A stretch of 32,006 nucleotides of DNA from Cyanobacteria bacterium Co-bin13 (GTDB taxonomy: Bacteria; Cyanobacteriota; Cyanobacteriia; Phormidesmidales; Phormidesmidaceae): positions 1-32,006 of the forward strand of contig JACVRP010000001.1 of NCBI GenBank assembly GCA_014534385.1, in the 5' to 3' direction. This document shows, piece by piece, positions 1-9,300 of the stretch. The notes under the pieces were generated by a model. It did no database searches, was not told the DNA's origin, and was given only the letters and a program-made list of their open reading frames with translations. Made by a program: the position numbers and the translations under genes. Position 1 is the first letter of the stretch. Every line of letters starts with the position of its first letter.

Positions 1-55
1 ATTGCTGTCAGTAATGGTTCATCATTAGGTCTGCTTGATTGAGGAGATTACGACG

Positions 56-364
56 ATGCCCATTGCTGTTGGAATGATTGAGACCCTGGGTTTCCCTGCC
101 GTTGTAGAAGCTGCTGACGCCATGGTCAAAGCAGCTCGTGTAACCTTGGTTGGTTACGAAAAGATCGGCAGTGGTCGGGTCACTGTGATTGTCCGTGGAG
201 ACGTGTCTGAAGTCCAAGCCTCGGTTGCTGCAGGCGTTGAATCTGCCAAACGGGTCAATGGAGGCGAGGTACTCTCTACCCACATCATTGCTCGTCCCCA
301 CGAGAACCTGGAATTTGTTCTGCCCATTCGCTATACCGAAGCCGTCGAACAGTTCCGCACCTAG
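56..364 (+). CDS. ccmK2: Carboxysome shell hexamer protein CcmK2 (BMC-H, 102 aa)
   Basis: [29 protein letters not shown]...[13 protein letters not shown] is the short CcmK form. ATG at 56 follows GAGGAG at 41-46, so the ORF-track start at 35 is too early. Confidence 0.95.
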   Translation: MPIAVGMIETLGFPAVVEAADAMVKAARVTLVGYEKIGSGRVTVIVRGDVSEVQASVAAGVESAKRVNGGEVLSTHIIARPHENLEFVLPIRYTEAVEQFRT

Positions 365-505
365 GTTTCAAAGCCTAACTGAAGTGGTCAGCCGCTTTTA
401 AACCGGTAAGTGCCGCTCAGTTGTACGCTAGATTGCTGGCAGGCGGCTCGTCTACATCAGTCCGTCATAACTCGCTTCACTCAGTAGTAAAGAGGAATTT
501 TTCAA

Positions 506-844
506 ATGGCGATCGCAGTTGGAATGGTTGAGACCCTGGGTTTCCCCGCTGTTGTGGAAGCTGCAGACGCAATGGTAAAAGCCGCTCGGGTAACCCTGGT
601 AGGCTACGAAAAGATCGGTAGCGGCCGCGTCACCGTAATCGTTCGGGGCGATGTATCTGAAGTTCAGGCTTCTGTTGCCGCAGGAATCGAGAACGTCAAG
701 CGGGTGAATGGGGGACAGGTGCTGTCTACCCACATCATCGCTCGTCCCCACGAGAACCTGGAGTTTGTGCTGCCCATCCGCTATACCGAAGCAGTTGAGC
801 AATTCCGGGAAAGCGTGAGTGGCATTCGCCCCTACGGCCGTTAG
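506..844 (+). CDS. ccmK1: Carboxysome shell hexamer protein CcmK1 (BMC-H with C-terminal extension)
   Basis: Nearly identical to the upstream CcmK plus an approximately 10-aa tail ([11 protein letters not shown]), typical of CcmK1. GAGGA RBS upstream. Confidence 0.95.
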   Translation: MAIAVGMVETLGFPAVVEAADAMVKAARVTLVGYEKIGSGRVTVIVRGDVSEVQASVAAGIENVKRVNGGQVLSTHIIARPHENLEFVLPIRYTEAVEQFRESVSGIRPYGR

Positions 845-855
845 GGAGAAGCTGA

Positions 856-1158
856 ATGCTCCTGGCGAAGGTTCGCGGCACCGTCGTTAGCACCGTCAAA
901 GAACCGAGCCTGAGAGGTGTGAAGTTTTTACTGGTTCAGCTGATCAGCGAAACTGGCGAACTTTTGCCAGATTACGAAGTGGCAGCTGATGTTGTTGGGG
1001 CAGGGCCTGGAGAGTGGGTCCTGATCAGCCGAGGCAGTGGCTCTCGGCAGCATGACGGATATACCGACCGACCTGTGGACGCCACCGTGGTAGCCATCGT
1101 CGATACGGTGTCTCTAGACAGCGGCAACCTTTATAACAAGCGAGAGGACTTTAGTTAG
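856..1158 (+). CDS. ccmL: Carboxysome vertex pentamer protein CcmL (BMC-P)
   Basis: MLLAKVRGTVVSTVK...EVAADVVGAGPGEWVLISRGS...PVDATVVAIVD is the EutN/CcmL family pattern. Lies between ccmK and ccmM. Confidence 0.96.
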   Translation: MLLAKVRGTVVSTVKEPSLRGVKFLLVQLISETGELLPDYEVAADVVGAGPGEWVLISRGSGSRQHDGYTDRPVDATVVAIVDTVSLDSGNLYNKREDFS

Positions 1159-1240
1159 GCAGTTCTGCCAAGGCAGTGCTCCTCGTCATTTCGGACCAGC
1201 TAAAAACGCCGTACTCCTATCCAGATCACGGTGCTGCCCC

Positions 1241-1275
1241 TATCCTGTGGACGTGCCCCTGTGCGTCCACAGATA
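1241..1275 (+). other. Intergenic stem-loop between ccmL and ccmM
   Basis: CTGTGGACG (1245-1253) pairs with CGTCCACAG (1264-1272), extendable by G-U pairs and the flanking TAT/ATA. Confidence 0.5.
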
Positions 1276-1389
1276 AAACGGGCGCTGCCAGCTATGGGTC
1301 TGGTTGCCATTCTTGGTTAGCGCTAATTGCTTATTGGCCATCGCTGTGAGAGCAGTGGGTCACTCTAATCTGTTGGAGGATTTTGGTTG

Positions 1390-3453
1390 ATGGTCGCCCG
1401 CCCAGTTGCGGCTCCCCCGACCCCCCGTTTTTCGGATCTGGCTGAGCCTCAGATTCATCCTTCTGCATACCTTCATCCCTTAGCCCAAGTCGTTGGGTCA
1501 GTTAGGGTTGAGGCCAACGTATTGATTGCTCCTGGTGCATCGGTTCGAGCCGATGGGGGTGCTCCCTTCTTTATTGGAGAGGGGGCAGCCATTCAAGATG
1601 GAGCCGTCATCCACGGGTTAGGCCAGGGGCGAGTGCTGGGAGACGATCAGGCAGTCTACTCGGTCTGGATTGGCGCAGGAGCCTCGGTTACCCACAAGGC
1701 CCTTATTCACGGCCCTGCTTATGTTGGCGAGGGCTGTTTTGTCGGTTTTCGCTCTACCCTTTTTAATGCCCGGCTTGGCAAAGGCTGCGTCGTCATGATG
1801 CACGCCCTAGTCCAAGATGTGGAGGTGCCGCCTGGCAAACTGGTGCCCTCGGGCATGGTGTTGACCCACCAAGATCAGGCTGATCAGTTGCCAGACGTGC
1901 AGCCTGCAGATTTAGAACTGGCCCAGGAAATCATGGGCATGCATGAAAGCCGCCGCTTCACCCACCCAGAAGTCGCCGCCACAGAATTTAATCAGCCCAA
2001 TTCAGCCCAACCGTGGGCCAACCGCCAGACCCCTCCTGTCGGCAAAGTGTTACCCAGCCAGGCTTCTGTCGGGCAGTCAAATGAACGCGATGGATTGAAT
2101 ACAATGCAAAGTCAACGCTTAACCCCTGAAATTGTTCAGCAAGTTCGGCAATATCTGAGCCAGGGCTACCAGATCGGGATCGAGCACGCGGATGTGCGTC
2201 GCTACCGCAGCGGCGTCTGGCAAACCTGTCCGCCCATTCAGTCCAATCGCGAGGCCGATGTGCTAGCGGCTTTGGATGCGTGTTTGGCTGAGCATGGTGG
2301 CGAGTATGTGCGGATGTTTGGCGTTGATCCGGTGGCTAAGCGTCGGATTGCGCCGGTCACGATCCAGCATGCTGATGGCAAGCCCTTTCACATTGGCACC
2401 ACAGCCGTTGCGCCTACTACGTTTGCAGGAACTGTCAGCAGCCAAAATGGGCGTGCATCTTCCGGTGGCCATGCGTCTGCCAATGGTCTCAACCCCCAGT
2501 TGGTGCAGCAGGTCCGGCAGCTTTTGGGCCAGGGTTACAAGATTGGAACTGAGCACACCGATGTACGTCGCTACCGTAGCGGTGTTTGGCAAACCTGCTC
2601 GCCCATTCAGTCTAACCGCGAGCCTGATGTACTCTCCGCCCTACAAGCCTGCCTGAATGAGCATGCTGGCGAATATGTGCGGATGTTCGGCATCGATCCC
2701 AAGGCCAAGAACCGAGTGGCTCCGGTGACGATTCAGCGGCCTGACGACAAAGCGCCCCAGGGCAGCAGCCAGGGCAGCAGCCAGGGCGGCGGCAGCCAGG
2801 GCAGAATCAATACCACCCAAGTCTCTTCGGGGAGTACTGCTACAGAAGCTACACAGATAGTGCGGCAGCTGGTGAACCAGGGCTATCGAGTCGGAATTGA
2901 GTATGCCGATGCCCGCCGCTTCCGCAGCGGGGTTTGGCAGAGCTGCTCACCGATTCAGGCCGGTCGTGAGGCGGAAGCCGTAACGGCCCTGCAAAAGTGT
3001 CTGGCTGAGCATCCTGAGGACTACGTACGAATTTTCGGCATTGATCCGAAGAACAAGAACCGTCTGGCTCCGGTGACGATCCAGCGCCCAGGGGCTCGGC
3101 CCGCCGCTGTTGCCAGCCAGCCCTATACTCCGTCTTCTGGACCAGCTAAGCAGCCGGTCAATGCCCAAAGCAATGGCTCTGCCAGCAGCAAGAGCCTATC
3201 TTCTGACCTGACGCAGCAGGTTCAACAGCTGATCAACCAGGGCTACAAGATCACCCTGGAGTTTGCCGACGTGCGCCGCTACCGCAGCGGGGCCTGGCAG
3301 ACGGCAGCTCCCGTGCAGGGCCGTCAGGTCCGGGATGTGCTGGCCTCAGTAGAAGCTCAGCTGCGAGAACACAGCGGTAACTACGTCCGTCTGGTGGGTA
3401 TTGATCCGCAGGCGAAGCGCCGGGTTCTTGAGACCACTATTCAGCGCCCCTAG
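1390..3453 (+). CDS. ccmM: Carboxysome assembly protein CcmM (gamma-carbonic anhydrase-like domain plus four RbcS-like SSUL repeats)
   Basis: N-terminal hexapeptide-repeat gamma-CA-like domain with H75/H102/H107, then four repeats of the type QGY.IG.E.AD.RR[YF]RSG.WQ...YVR..GIDP..K.R....IQ. ATG at 1390 follows GGAGGA. Confidence 0.97.
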   Translation: MVARPVAAPPTPRFSDLAEPQIHPSAYLHPLAQVVGSVRVEANVLIAPGASVRADGGAPFFIGEGAAIQDGAVIHGLGQGRVLGDDQAVYSVWIGAGASVTHKALIHGPAYVGEGCFVGFRSTLFNARLGKGCVVMMHALVQDVEVPPGKLVPSGMVLTHQDQADQLPDVQPADLELAQEIMGMHESRRFTHPEVAATEFNQPNSAQPWANRQTPPVGKVLPSQASVGQSNERDGLNTMQSQRLTPEIVQQVRQYLSQGYQIGIEHADVRRYRSGVWQTCPPIQSNREADVLAALDACLAEHGGEYVRMFGVDPVAKRRIAPVTIQHADGKPFHIGTTAVAPTTFAGTVSSQNGRASSGGHASANGLNPQLVQQVRQLLGQGYKIGTEHTDVRRYRSGVWQTCSPIQSNREPDVLSALQACLNEHAGEYVRMFGIDPKAKNRVAPVTIQRPDDKAPQGSSQGSSQGGGSQGRINTTQVSSGSTATEATQIVRQLVNQGYRVGIEYADARRFRSGVWQSCSPIQAGREAEAVTALQKCLAEHPEDYVRIFGIDPKNKNRLAPVTIQRPGARPAAVASQPYTPSSGPAKQPVNAQSNGSASSKSLSSDLTQQVQQLINQGYKITLEFADVRRYRSGAWQTAAPVQGRQVRDVLASVEAQLREHSGNYVRLVGIDPQAKRRVLETTIQRP
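2761..2802 (+). repeat. In-frame short tandem repeat in the CcmM linker ([14 protein letters not shown])
   Basis: GGCAGCAGCCAG twice, followed by GGCGGCGGCAGCCAG. Confidence 0.75.
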
Positions 3454-3467
3454 CTAAAACTCGGTTG

Positions 3468-4148
3468 ATGCTTTCGATGACCCCGGATGCCAATTTACAG
3501 CCTGCCTATTACGTCTCTGGAGACGTGGAAATTGATGGGGAGGTTGCGATCGCACCCGGGGCCATTCTCACAGCAGAGCCAGGCAGCCGCCTGATTATTG
3601 CTCAGGGAGCCTGCCTGGGCTCCGAGGTGGTGATCCATGTGCGTCAGAGCGATTTGATTATCGAGCCAGAGGCCAACCTGGGCAGTGGCGTTTTAATTGT
3701 GGGCTGGGGCCGGATTGGAGCGCAGGCCTGTATTGGGGCCGGCAGCACGCTGATCAACCCTCAGGTGTCGCCCCGCTCTGTGGTGGCTCCCCGATCGCTG
3801 GTCGGTGATTACAGCCGTTCTTCAGCAGCTCGACCAGAATCGCCAGGGGCAGCAGACGCCCCGGCATTAACAGAATTGTCTGATCAGGGCAACACAAACG
3901 GGGCCGCCCCTGTAACAGAAACTTTAGAAGCGCAGACCGCGACTGCCCCCAGCAGTCAAAGTAATGGCCACAATAATGGTCACAGCAACAGCCACAGCAA
4001 TAGCCAAAACAACGGCCAAAACAACGGCCAGAACTCAAGCGGCACAGGGCTTCCCTACATCTATGGCCGGGAGCAGGTACAGCTGCTGCTGGATACGCTG
4101 TTTCCCCAACGACAGGCTTTAGGCACTTCCTCGCCAAGAAGCGAATAG
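3468..4148 (+). CDS. ccmN: Carboxysome protein CcmN (hexapeptide repeats, linker, C-terminal encapsulation peptide)
   Basis: YVSGDVEIDGEVAIAPGAIL...IGAQACIGAGST hexapeptide domain and C-terminal YIYGREQVQLLLDTLFPQRQ. Directly follows ccmM. Confidence 0.93.
   Translation: MLSMTPDANLQPAYYVSGDVEIDGEVAIAPGAILTAEPGSRLIIAQGACLGSEVVIHVRQSDLIIEPEANLGSGVLIVGWGRIGAQACIGAGSTLINPQVSPRSVVAPRSLVGDYSRSSAARPESPGAADAPALTELSDQGNTNGAAPVTETLEAQTATAPSSQSNGHNNGHSNSHSNSQNNGQNNGQNSSGTGLPYIYGREQVQLLLDTLFPQRQALGTSSPRSE
3963..4034 (+). repeat. Six degenerate 12-bp tandem repeats in the CcmN linker (NGHN/NGHS/NSHS/NSQN/NGQN/NGQN)
   Basis: AATGGCCACAAT AATGGTCACAGC AACAGCCACAGC AATAGCCAAAAC AACGGCCAAAAC AACGGCCAGAAC. 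Confidence 0.8.
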
Positions 4149-4186
4149 AATGAAAGGGCGGACCTGACCCAGGAGAGGCTCGACTT

Positions 4187-5041
4187 ATGCAACCTGATAT
4201 TAAATTGGCCTCGACTAAACAGGCTGCAGCTAAGCAAGAGCTAAAGCTGGCTTCCCCCCCTAACCTAGATCGGGGCCACCGGCTAGCAAAGCTGCGAGGT
4301 GCCGCCCTGGGCCTGGTCTCGACCGAAAGCTTCCCAGCGGTGGTTGGCATTGCCGATGCCATGCTCAAGTCGGCGGATGTATTTTTGGTAGGCTACGAAA
4401 AAACCGGCAGCGGTCAGTGTACGGCTGTGGTGCGCGGCGGCGTAGCAGATGTTCGCATGGCCGTGGCGGTTGGCGTTGAAACCGCTGCGAAGTTTGGAGA
4501 ATACGTCTCCTCGACCGTGATTCCCCGGCCGCTGCCCAATCTGGAGGCCGTGCTGCCGATCTGCGCCAAGCTGGATGAGCTGACTAAGGTCAGTCGGGGT
4601 CGGGCCAGCAATCAGGCCATTGGTCTACTTGAAACGCGCGGCTTTCCGGCAATGGTGGGCGCTGCGGATGCCATGACTAAGTCGGCTGAAGTTACTCTGG
4701 TGGCCCACGAAACCATCGGCGACGGCCTCTGTACGATCATCATTCGGGGATCGCTGCCCAATGTTGCGATCGCAATCGAGGCTGGTATCCACGAAGCCGA
4801 GCGGATTGGAGAGCTGCACGCAGTCATGGTCATTCCCCGGCCCCTTGATGAGCTAGAGCAGTCCCTGCCCCAGATGGTTGAGGAGATGGAGCCCGAGCAG
4901 CCCATCCGCCTGCCGCTCAACCTGGAAGAAAAAGAGAAGGAACTGGTGGCGCTGCCAGAGCCTGCCGCTGAGCCTCTGGTTCAAGAGATCCAGCTGCCTG
5001 AACTGGAAAAACTTCCCCTGCAGCAGCCCGAAGATAGCTAA
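4187..5041 (+). CDS. ccmO: Carboxysome tandem-BMC shell protein CcmO (BMC-T)
   Basis: Two BMC domains (ALGLVSTESFPAVVGIADAMLKSA; AIGLLETRGFPAMVGAADAMTKSA) and an acidic E/P/L-rich tail. Follows ccmN. Confidence 0.94.
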   Translation: MQPDIKLASTKQAAAKQELKLASPPNLDRGHRLAKLRGAALGLVSTESFPAVVGIADAMLKSADVFLVGYEKTGSGQCTAVVRGGVADVRMAVAVGVETAAKFGEYVSSTVIPRPLPNLEAVLPICAKLDELTKVSRGRASNQAIGLLETRGFPAMVGAADAMTKSAEVTLVAHETIGDGLCTIIIRGSLPNVAIAIEAGIHEAERIGELHAVMVIPRPLDELEQSLPQMVEEMEPEQPIRLPLNLEEKEKELVALPEPAAEPLVQEIQLPELEKLPLQQPEDS

Positions 5042-5056
5042 TTTACCCAAAACGAA

Positions 5057-5096
5057 ACGCCCGTAGAGACGCTATTAATCGCGTCTCTACGGGCGT
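5057..5096. repeat. REP-like palindrome and likely bidirectional terminator between the convergent ccmO and opcA
   Basis: ACGCCCGTAGAGACGC-tattaatc-GCGTCTCTACGGGCGT: a perfect 16-bp inverted repeat sharing its core with the palindrome at 16167. Confidence 0.8.
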
Positions 5097-5137
5097 ACAG
5101 GCTAACTCCAAATGGTGGGCAGCCTGCACAGAACGCT

Positions 5138-6466
5138 CTACAGCATGTTCAGGATCTGCGTTGTGGCGGCCAGGCTCTCTTCATAGAGCACATCTTCACC
5201 CCAGCGCTGGAGCTGCTGGCCCAGCATGAAGTCAGCCTTTTGATCAGAGAGCGCAGTTACCTGCTCCACCTGACAGGATTGAGCGCCGCCGCCCGCCTCC
5301 ATCCGCATACAGCCTGTGGTTTCGGAGCAGAGAATGGTGCAGCAGTTGGCTTCGGGGTTGGTAGAGGTGACGCGGAGCCCGGTCAAGTCGCCCACAATCT
5401 CGCCCCAGTCGGCAACTGGAATAGCCGCTAATTCAGCCTCGACCTCTCGCCCGTTGGGGCTCTTGAACAGAATCTTGCGGATGTCGTAGTCGCCGCCTTC
5501 CTTGACGTAGGAGCTGGGCTGCCATTCTAAACGGCTAGCCAGCCAGCCCAAATACATAAAGGCTTGAGCGGCATTGCCCTGTTCGTAGTCAATACTGACC
5601 TGATCAACATCGTTGAGAGATTCTCGCCGCTCAGGGGGGTCAAAGGCTGCCGCTGTCAGCTCCTGCCAGGGAGCCAGGCGGTGCCAGTTTAGGTCGGCGA
5701 TAAAGGTACCTTCCTCCACCAAATCCTGCATTTTGCGCAGCTCCGATTCGGCGTCGCTAAAGAAGCTGGAGTCTACGATGATGCAGTTGGAGGAGCGGGA
5801 CAGCTTCTGAAACAGGGCCTGTTCGGGGTTAGGGGTGGCTTTCCACCAAACAAATTTGGGCAGATCGCCAATGACCAGTGAAGACACCAGATCGGCGACC
5901 CGATCTAGGGCCGCCTTGGTGCCCCGTAGGGTAATGTACTCGCAGCAAATCAGGTTACTGGCATTGCGCTTCTGCACGGGGCAGTAGGCCGAGACTTGGG
6001 CAGTGACGCCTGTATCCTCTCCGAGATTAGGGCTGAGGGTGATGACGCGGCAGGGGTTCTGAGCTGCGATCGCATCATTTAGCGTAAAGCCCCGAATGTC
6101 CATGTTGGTGAAGTGCCGCTGCTCTGGGGACAGCTTGGCGTATTCCTGCCGCAGGCGCTCCAGGGTTCGGGGACCGACTCGTCCAGTAACCCGCAGGTCG
6201 TACTTGATTTGGGCCTGCCGAATAGCGTCTCTAGTTTGAGAGCCGTGCATGCCATCAATGGCACCTGAGTAAAGTCCTAAGGCTGCCAGGAGCTGCTGAA
6301 TCTCCTCCGGCTCATAGACCACCAAACTAAAGGTGCTAGCTCGGGTAGCCACCGGAGCAGAGTTACCGTTGTCTTGGTTCCGCCAGATATTGCGAAGCTC
6401 AGCTTCAATTTCATCGAGGGAGATGTCCTTCGGTTTTTGGAGCGCAACGATGGGAGTAGTCGTCAT
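5138..6466 (-). CDS. opcA: Glucose-6-phosphate dehydrogenase assembly/allosteric protein OpcA
   Basis: PKDISLDEIEAEL...NPCRVITL...SAYCPVQ...ICCEYITL...ADLNWHRLAPWQELTA...NCCTILCSETTGCMRME. Lies downstream of zwf. Confidence 0.96.
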   Translation of the reverse strand: MTTTPIVALQKPKDISLDEIEAELRNIWRNQDNGNSAPVATRASTFSLVVYEPEEIQQLLAALGLYSGAIDGMHGSQTRDAIRQAQIKYDLRVTGRVGPRTLERLRQEYAKLSPEQRHFTNMDIRGFTLNDAIAAQNPCRVITLSPNLGEDTGVTAQVSAYCPVQKRNASNLICCEYITLRGTKAALDRVADLVSSLVIGDLPKFVWWKATPNPEQALFQKLSRSSNCIIVDSSFFSDAESELRKMQDLVEEGTFIADLNWHRLAPWQELTAAAFDPPERRESLNDVDQVSIDYEQGNAAQAFMYLGWLASRLEWQPSSYVKEGGDYDIRKILFKSPNGREVEAELAAIPVADWGEIVGDLTGLRVTSTNPEANCCTILCSETTGCMRMEAGGGAQSCQVEQVTALSDQKADFMLGQQLQRWGEDVLYEESLAATTQILNML

Positions 6467-6575
6467 AGGGATCCAGGGAGGTGATGAACAGAAGGCAGAG
6501 AGCGACCTAGCGTATCGGGGTTAAGAGCCTACTTAGATCTATGCTACCGAACGGGTCAAGAATTGACTTTTACCG

Positions 6576-6611
6576 AGGCTTTACCATAGATATCCTTCTA
6601 TGGTAAAGCCT
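6576..6611 (-). terminator. Stem-loop immediately 3' of zwf, in the zwf-opcA spacer
   Basis: AGGCTTTACCATAGA-tatcct-TCTATGGTAAAGCCT: a perfect 15-bp stem 3 nt from the zwf stop codon, with no U-tract on the coding strand. Confidence 0.55.
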
Positions 6612-6614
6612 GCT

Positions 6615-8144
6615 TTACAGCCGCCGCCAGCGACGGCCCTCTTTATTGAGCAGCAGTTCAGCTTCAACGGGGCCCCAGGTACCGGCTTCGTAAAGTGCGA
6701 TCGCATCTGGCTCAGCCGGAGCATCCCAAGCTTCTAGCAGCGGGGTCATAATGCGCCATGAGGCTTCTACTTCGTCAGCCCGGGTAAAGAGGGTTTGGTC
6801 CCCCAACATACAGTCCACCACCAGTCGCCCGTAGGCTTCTGTACTGGGCAAACCAAAAGCGGCATCGTAGCGAAAGTCCATGTCTACCGACCGCGTGCGC
6901 AAAGAGTTGCCTGGGGTTTTAACCTCAAAGCGCATGGAGATGCCCTCATCCGGCTGAATCCGCAGGGCCAGCACGTTGTGGTTCATCTGGCGGGCTGCCG
7001 ACTGAAACATCAGGTGAGGCACTTCCTTGAAGTGAATGGAAATCTCCGTCAGCTTTTTGGGCATCCGTTTGCCGGTTCGCAGGTAAAACGGCACGCCCTT
7101 CCAGCGCCAGTTGTCCACCACGAGTTCAATGGCGGCAAAGGTGTTGACCGTAGATTCAGGGCTAGCCCCCTCCTCCTCTCGATATCCGGGAACGGGGCGG
7201 CCCTTCATCCAGCCGCCGGAGTACTGACCGCGCACCGCACTCAAGCTGAGTTCTTCGGCATTCGCCAGACGAGTCGCCTGAATGACTTTCACCTTCTCAT
7301 TGCGGATGCTGTCGGCATCCAGGCTGTTGGGCGGCTCCATCGCCGTCAGGCAAAAGAGCTGCATCAGGTGGTTTTGCACCATGTCGCGCAGGGCTCCGGC
7401 CGTTTCATAATAACCGGCCCGGCCCTCCAGGCCCACCGTTTCGGCGACCGTAATCTGCACATGATCGACAAACTGGCGGTTCCACAATGGCTCAAAGATG
7501 GCGTTGGCAAAGCGAAACACCATCAGGTTTTGGACCGTTTCCTTACCCAGATAGTGGTCAATGCGGTAGATCTGCTCTTCTTTGCAAACCTGCCGCACCA
7601 CTCGGTTGAGGTACTGGGCCGTAGCCAGATCCTTACCAAAGGGTTTTTCAATCACCAGCCGCTGCTTTTCCGGCTCAGCCAGCATTCCGGCAGCACCCAG
7701 CTGCCGGGCAGCCTCCCCGAAAAATCGGGGCGCGACCGATAGGTAAAACACCCGGTTACCCCGAGTGCCGCGCAGCTGGTCTAGTTCGGCCAAGAAATCT
7801 CGTAGCTTCTCATAGCTCTCGGGCTTGTCGATGTCGCCAGGGAAATAAAAGACACCTTTGGCAAAGTCTTCCCACACCGCTTCAAAGCCAATGCCGCCGC
7901 CAAACTCCTCAACGCCCTCCTTCAGGTGCTCCCGGAAGAAGTCGTGGCTCCACTCTCGGCGGGCCACACCAACGATGGTGAGTTCGGGCGGCAGCCGCCG
8001 CTCCCGCCGCATCTGGTACAGGGCGGGGACAATCTTACGCTGGGTTAAATCGCCTGAGGCTCCAAAGATCACCAGAATTTGAGGCTCAGGGATGCGGTCT
8101 TGCTGGAGTCCGACGCGCAGGGGGTTTTCGAGAAGAGCAACCAT
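6615..8144 (-). CDS. zwf: Glucose-6-phosphate 1-dehydrogenase
   Basis: GASGDL dinucleotide-binding motif, [18 protein letters not shown] active-site motif, [15 protein letters not shown]. Confidence 0.98.
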   Translation of the reverse strand: MVALLENPLRVGLQQDRIPEPQILVIFGASGDLTQRKIVPALYQMRRERRLPPELTIVGVARREWSHDFFREHLKEGVEEFGGGIGFEAVWEDFAKGVFYFPGDIDKPESYEKLRDFLAELDQLRGTRGNRVFYLSVAPRFFGEAARQLGAAGMLAEPEKQRLVIEKPFGKDLATAQYLNRVVRQVCKEEQIYRIDHYLGKETVQNLMVFRFANAIFEPLWNRQFVDHVQITVAETVGLEGRAGYYETAGALRDMVQNHLMQLFCLTAMEPPNSLDADSIRNEKVKVIQATRLANAEELSLSAVRGQYSGGWMKGRPVPGYREEEGASPESTVNTFAAIELVVDNWRWKGVPFYLRTGKRMPKKLTEISIHFKEVPHLMFQSAARQMNHNVLALRIQPDEGISMRFEVKTPGNSLRTRSVDMDFRYDAAFGLPSTEAYGRLVVDCMLGDQTLFTRADEVEASWRIMTPLLEAWDAPAEPDAIALYEAGTWGPVEAELLLNKEGRRWRRL

Positions 8145-8238
8145 GGGGATTTTTGAGAGGTAAGGGGGTTAGAGAAAACGCGGGGAAAGGGGGCAGGGAG
8201 AGAAGGACGGTGAGCAGGCAAGCCGAGTGAGGGCGAGG

Positions 8239-9300
8239 TTAGGGGGTAGAGGTGAGGTATTCTTTTTCGCGCAGGCGTTCCTGGATGAAGGACTCGACTA
8301 ACTCAACGTCTTCAGTACTGCCGATGACGAGGGGGGTACGCTGATGGATTTCCTTGGGAACGACGTCTAGGATGGGTTGGGTGCCGGTGCTAGCGCTGCC
8401 TCCAGCCTGCTCCATCAAAAAGGCCAGAGGAGCGGTTTCGTAGAGTAGTCGCAGTTTGCCGTCAGGTTTTTTGGTGGTGCCGGGATAGAGAAAGACGCCG
8501 CCCTGGAGCAAGATACGGTGAAAGTCTCCGACTAGAGCCCCACTGTAGCGGGCAGAATAGCCTTCATGGCGGTGAACATAGCGGATGAAGTCGCGAATAG
8601 ACTCGTCCCACTGCCAGAAGTTGCCCTCATTGACGCTGTAGTTGGAACCGTGCTCGGGTACCCGAATATTTTCTGAGGCCAAGATAAACTCGCCCAGGCT
8701 GGCGTCTAGGGTAAAGGCATGAACGCCTCGCCCGATGGAATAGACCAGGACAGTGCTGGGGCCGTAGAGAATGTAGCCAGCGGCTAGCTGCCCCCGGCCA
8801 TGCTGGAGCAAGTCTGCGCCAGTGTGGTCTAGGTCATCTCCCTCCTGCCGCCGAATGGAGAAGATAGAGCCGACGTTTAGGTTGATGTCAACGTTGGAAG
8901 ACCCGTCAATGGGGTCATAGAGTAGGGTGTAGCGGCCAATGGGGCAGTTTTCTGGAATGTAGTAGGGTTGCTCCATCTCTTCTGAAGCCAGACGGCAGAC
9001 CAGCCCGCTCTGCTTAAACACAGAGATGAAGACGTCATTGGCAAAGACGTCCATCTTTTTAACCGCTTCGCCCTGGACGTTGGTTTCTCCTGTAAAGCCT
9101 AGAGCCGCTTCGAGCAAACCGGCATTGGTAAGCCGCCGAGCGATTAGCTTGCCCGCTAGGGCAATGCGGCTCATTAGGGCACTGAGGTCTTGGGCCTCGG
9201 GGCCAAAGCTTTGAAGCTGCTGCAGAACGTGTCGCGACAGCGTGGTGCAGTCGCGGTCTAGCGCATGGGCGGCTTCAGAAGGGTGATACGCTCCATCCAT
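8239..9300 (-). CDS. fbp: Class 1 fructose-1,6-bisphosphatase
   Basis: [37 protein letters not shown] and GKLRLLYE motifs. Confidence 0.96.
   Translation of the reverse strand: MDGAYHPSEAAHALDRDCTTLSRHVLQQLQSFGPEAQDLSALMSRIALAGKLIARRLTNAGLLEAALGFTGETNVQGEAVKKMDVFANDVFISVFKQSGLVCRLASEEMEQPYYIPENCPIGRYTLLYDPIDGSSNVDINLNVGSIFSIRRQEGDDLDHTGADLLQHGRGQLAAGYILYGPSTVLVYSIGRGVHAFTLDASLGEFILASENIRVPEHGSNYSVNEGNFWQWDESIRDFIRYVHRHEGYSARYSGALVGDFHRILLQGGVFLYPGTTKKPDGKLRLLYETAPLAFLMEQAGGSASTGTQPILDVVPKEIHQRTPLVIGSTEDVELVESFIQERLREKEYLTSTP

Noticed and set aside
8-802. Two similar antisense ORFs (8-301 and 452-802)
   Set aside because: Their similarity mirrors the ccmK2/ccmK1 paralogy on the + strand.
2104-3453. 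Long repeated DNA segments that could suggest a CRISPR array or a recent duplication
   Set aside because: They are the four in-frame SSUL domains of ccmM. There is no repeat-spacer structure and no cas gene.
3754-4368. 204-aa minus-strand ORF with a Cys-rich stretch (CFGRCFGYCCGCCCDHYCGHY) resembling a metallothionein or RiPP precursor
   Set aside because: The Cys pattern is the reverse-complement reading of the CcmN 12-bp linker repeats, and the ORF overlaps ccmN and ccmO.
6795-7742. 315-aa ORF antisense to zwf
   Set aside because: It lies entirely within zwf on the opposite strand and has no recognisable motifs. This is the usual shadow ORF produced by codon bias in GC-rich genes.
8145-8238. 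Strongly purine-skewed, G-rich spacer between fbp and zwf (possible G-quadruplex)
   Set aside because: The G-runs are irregular and on the non-coding strand. Such pyrimidine-rich mRNA spacers are common in these genomes and nothing else supports a function.
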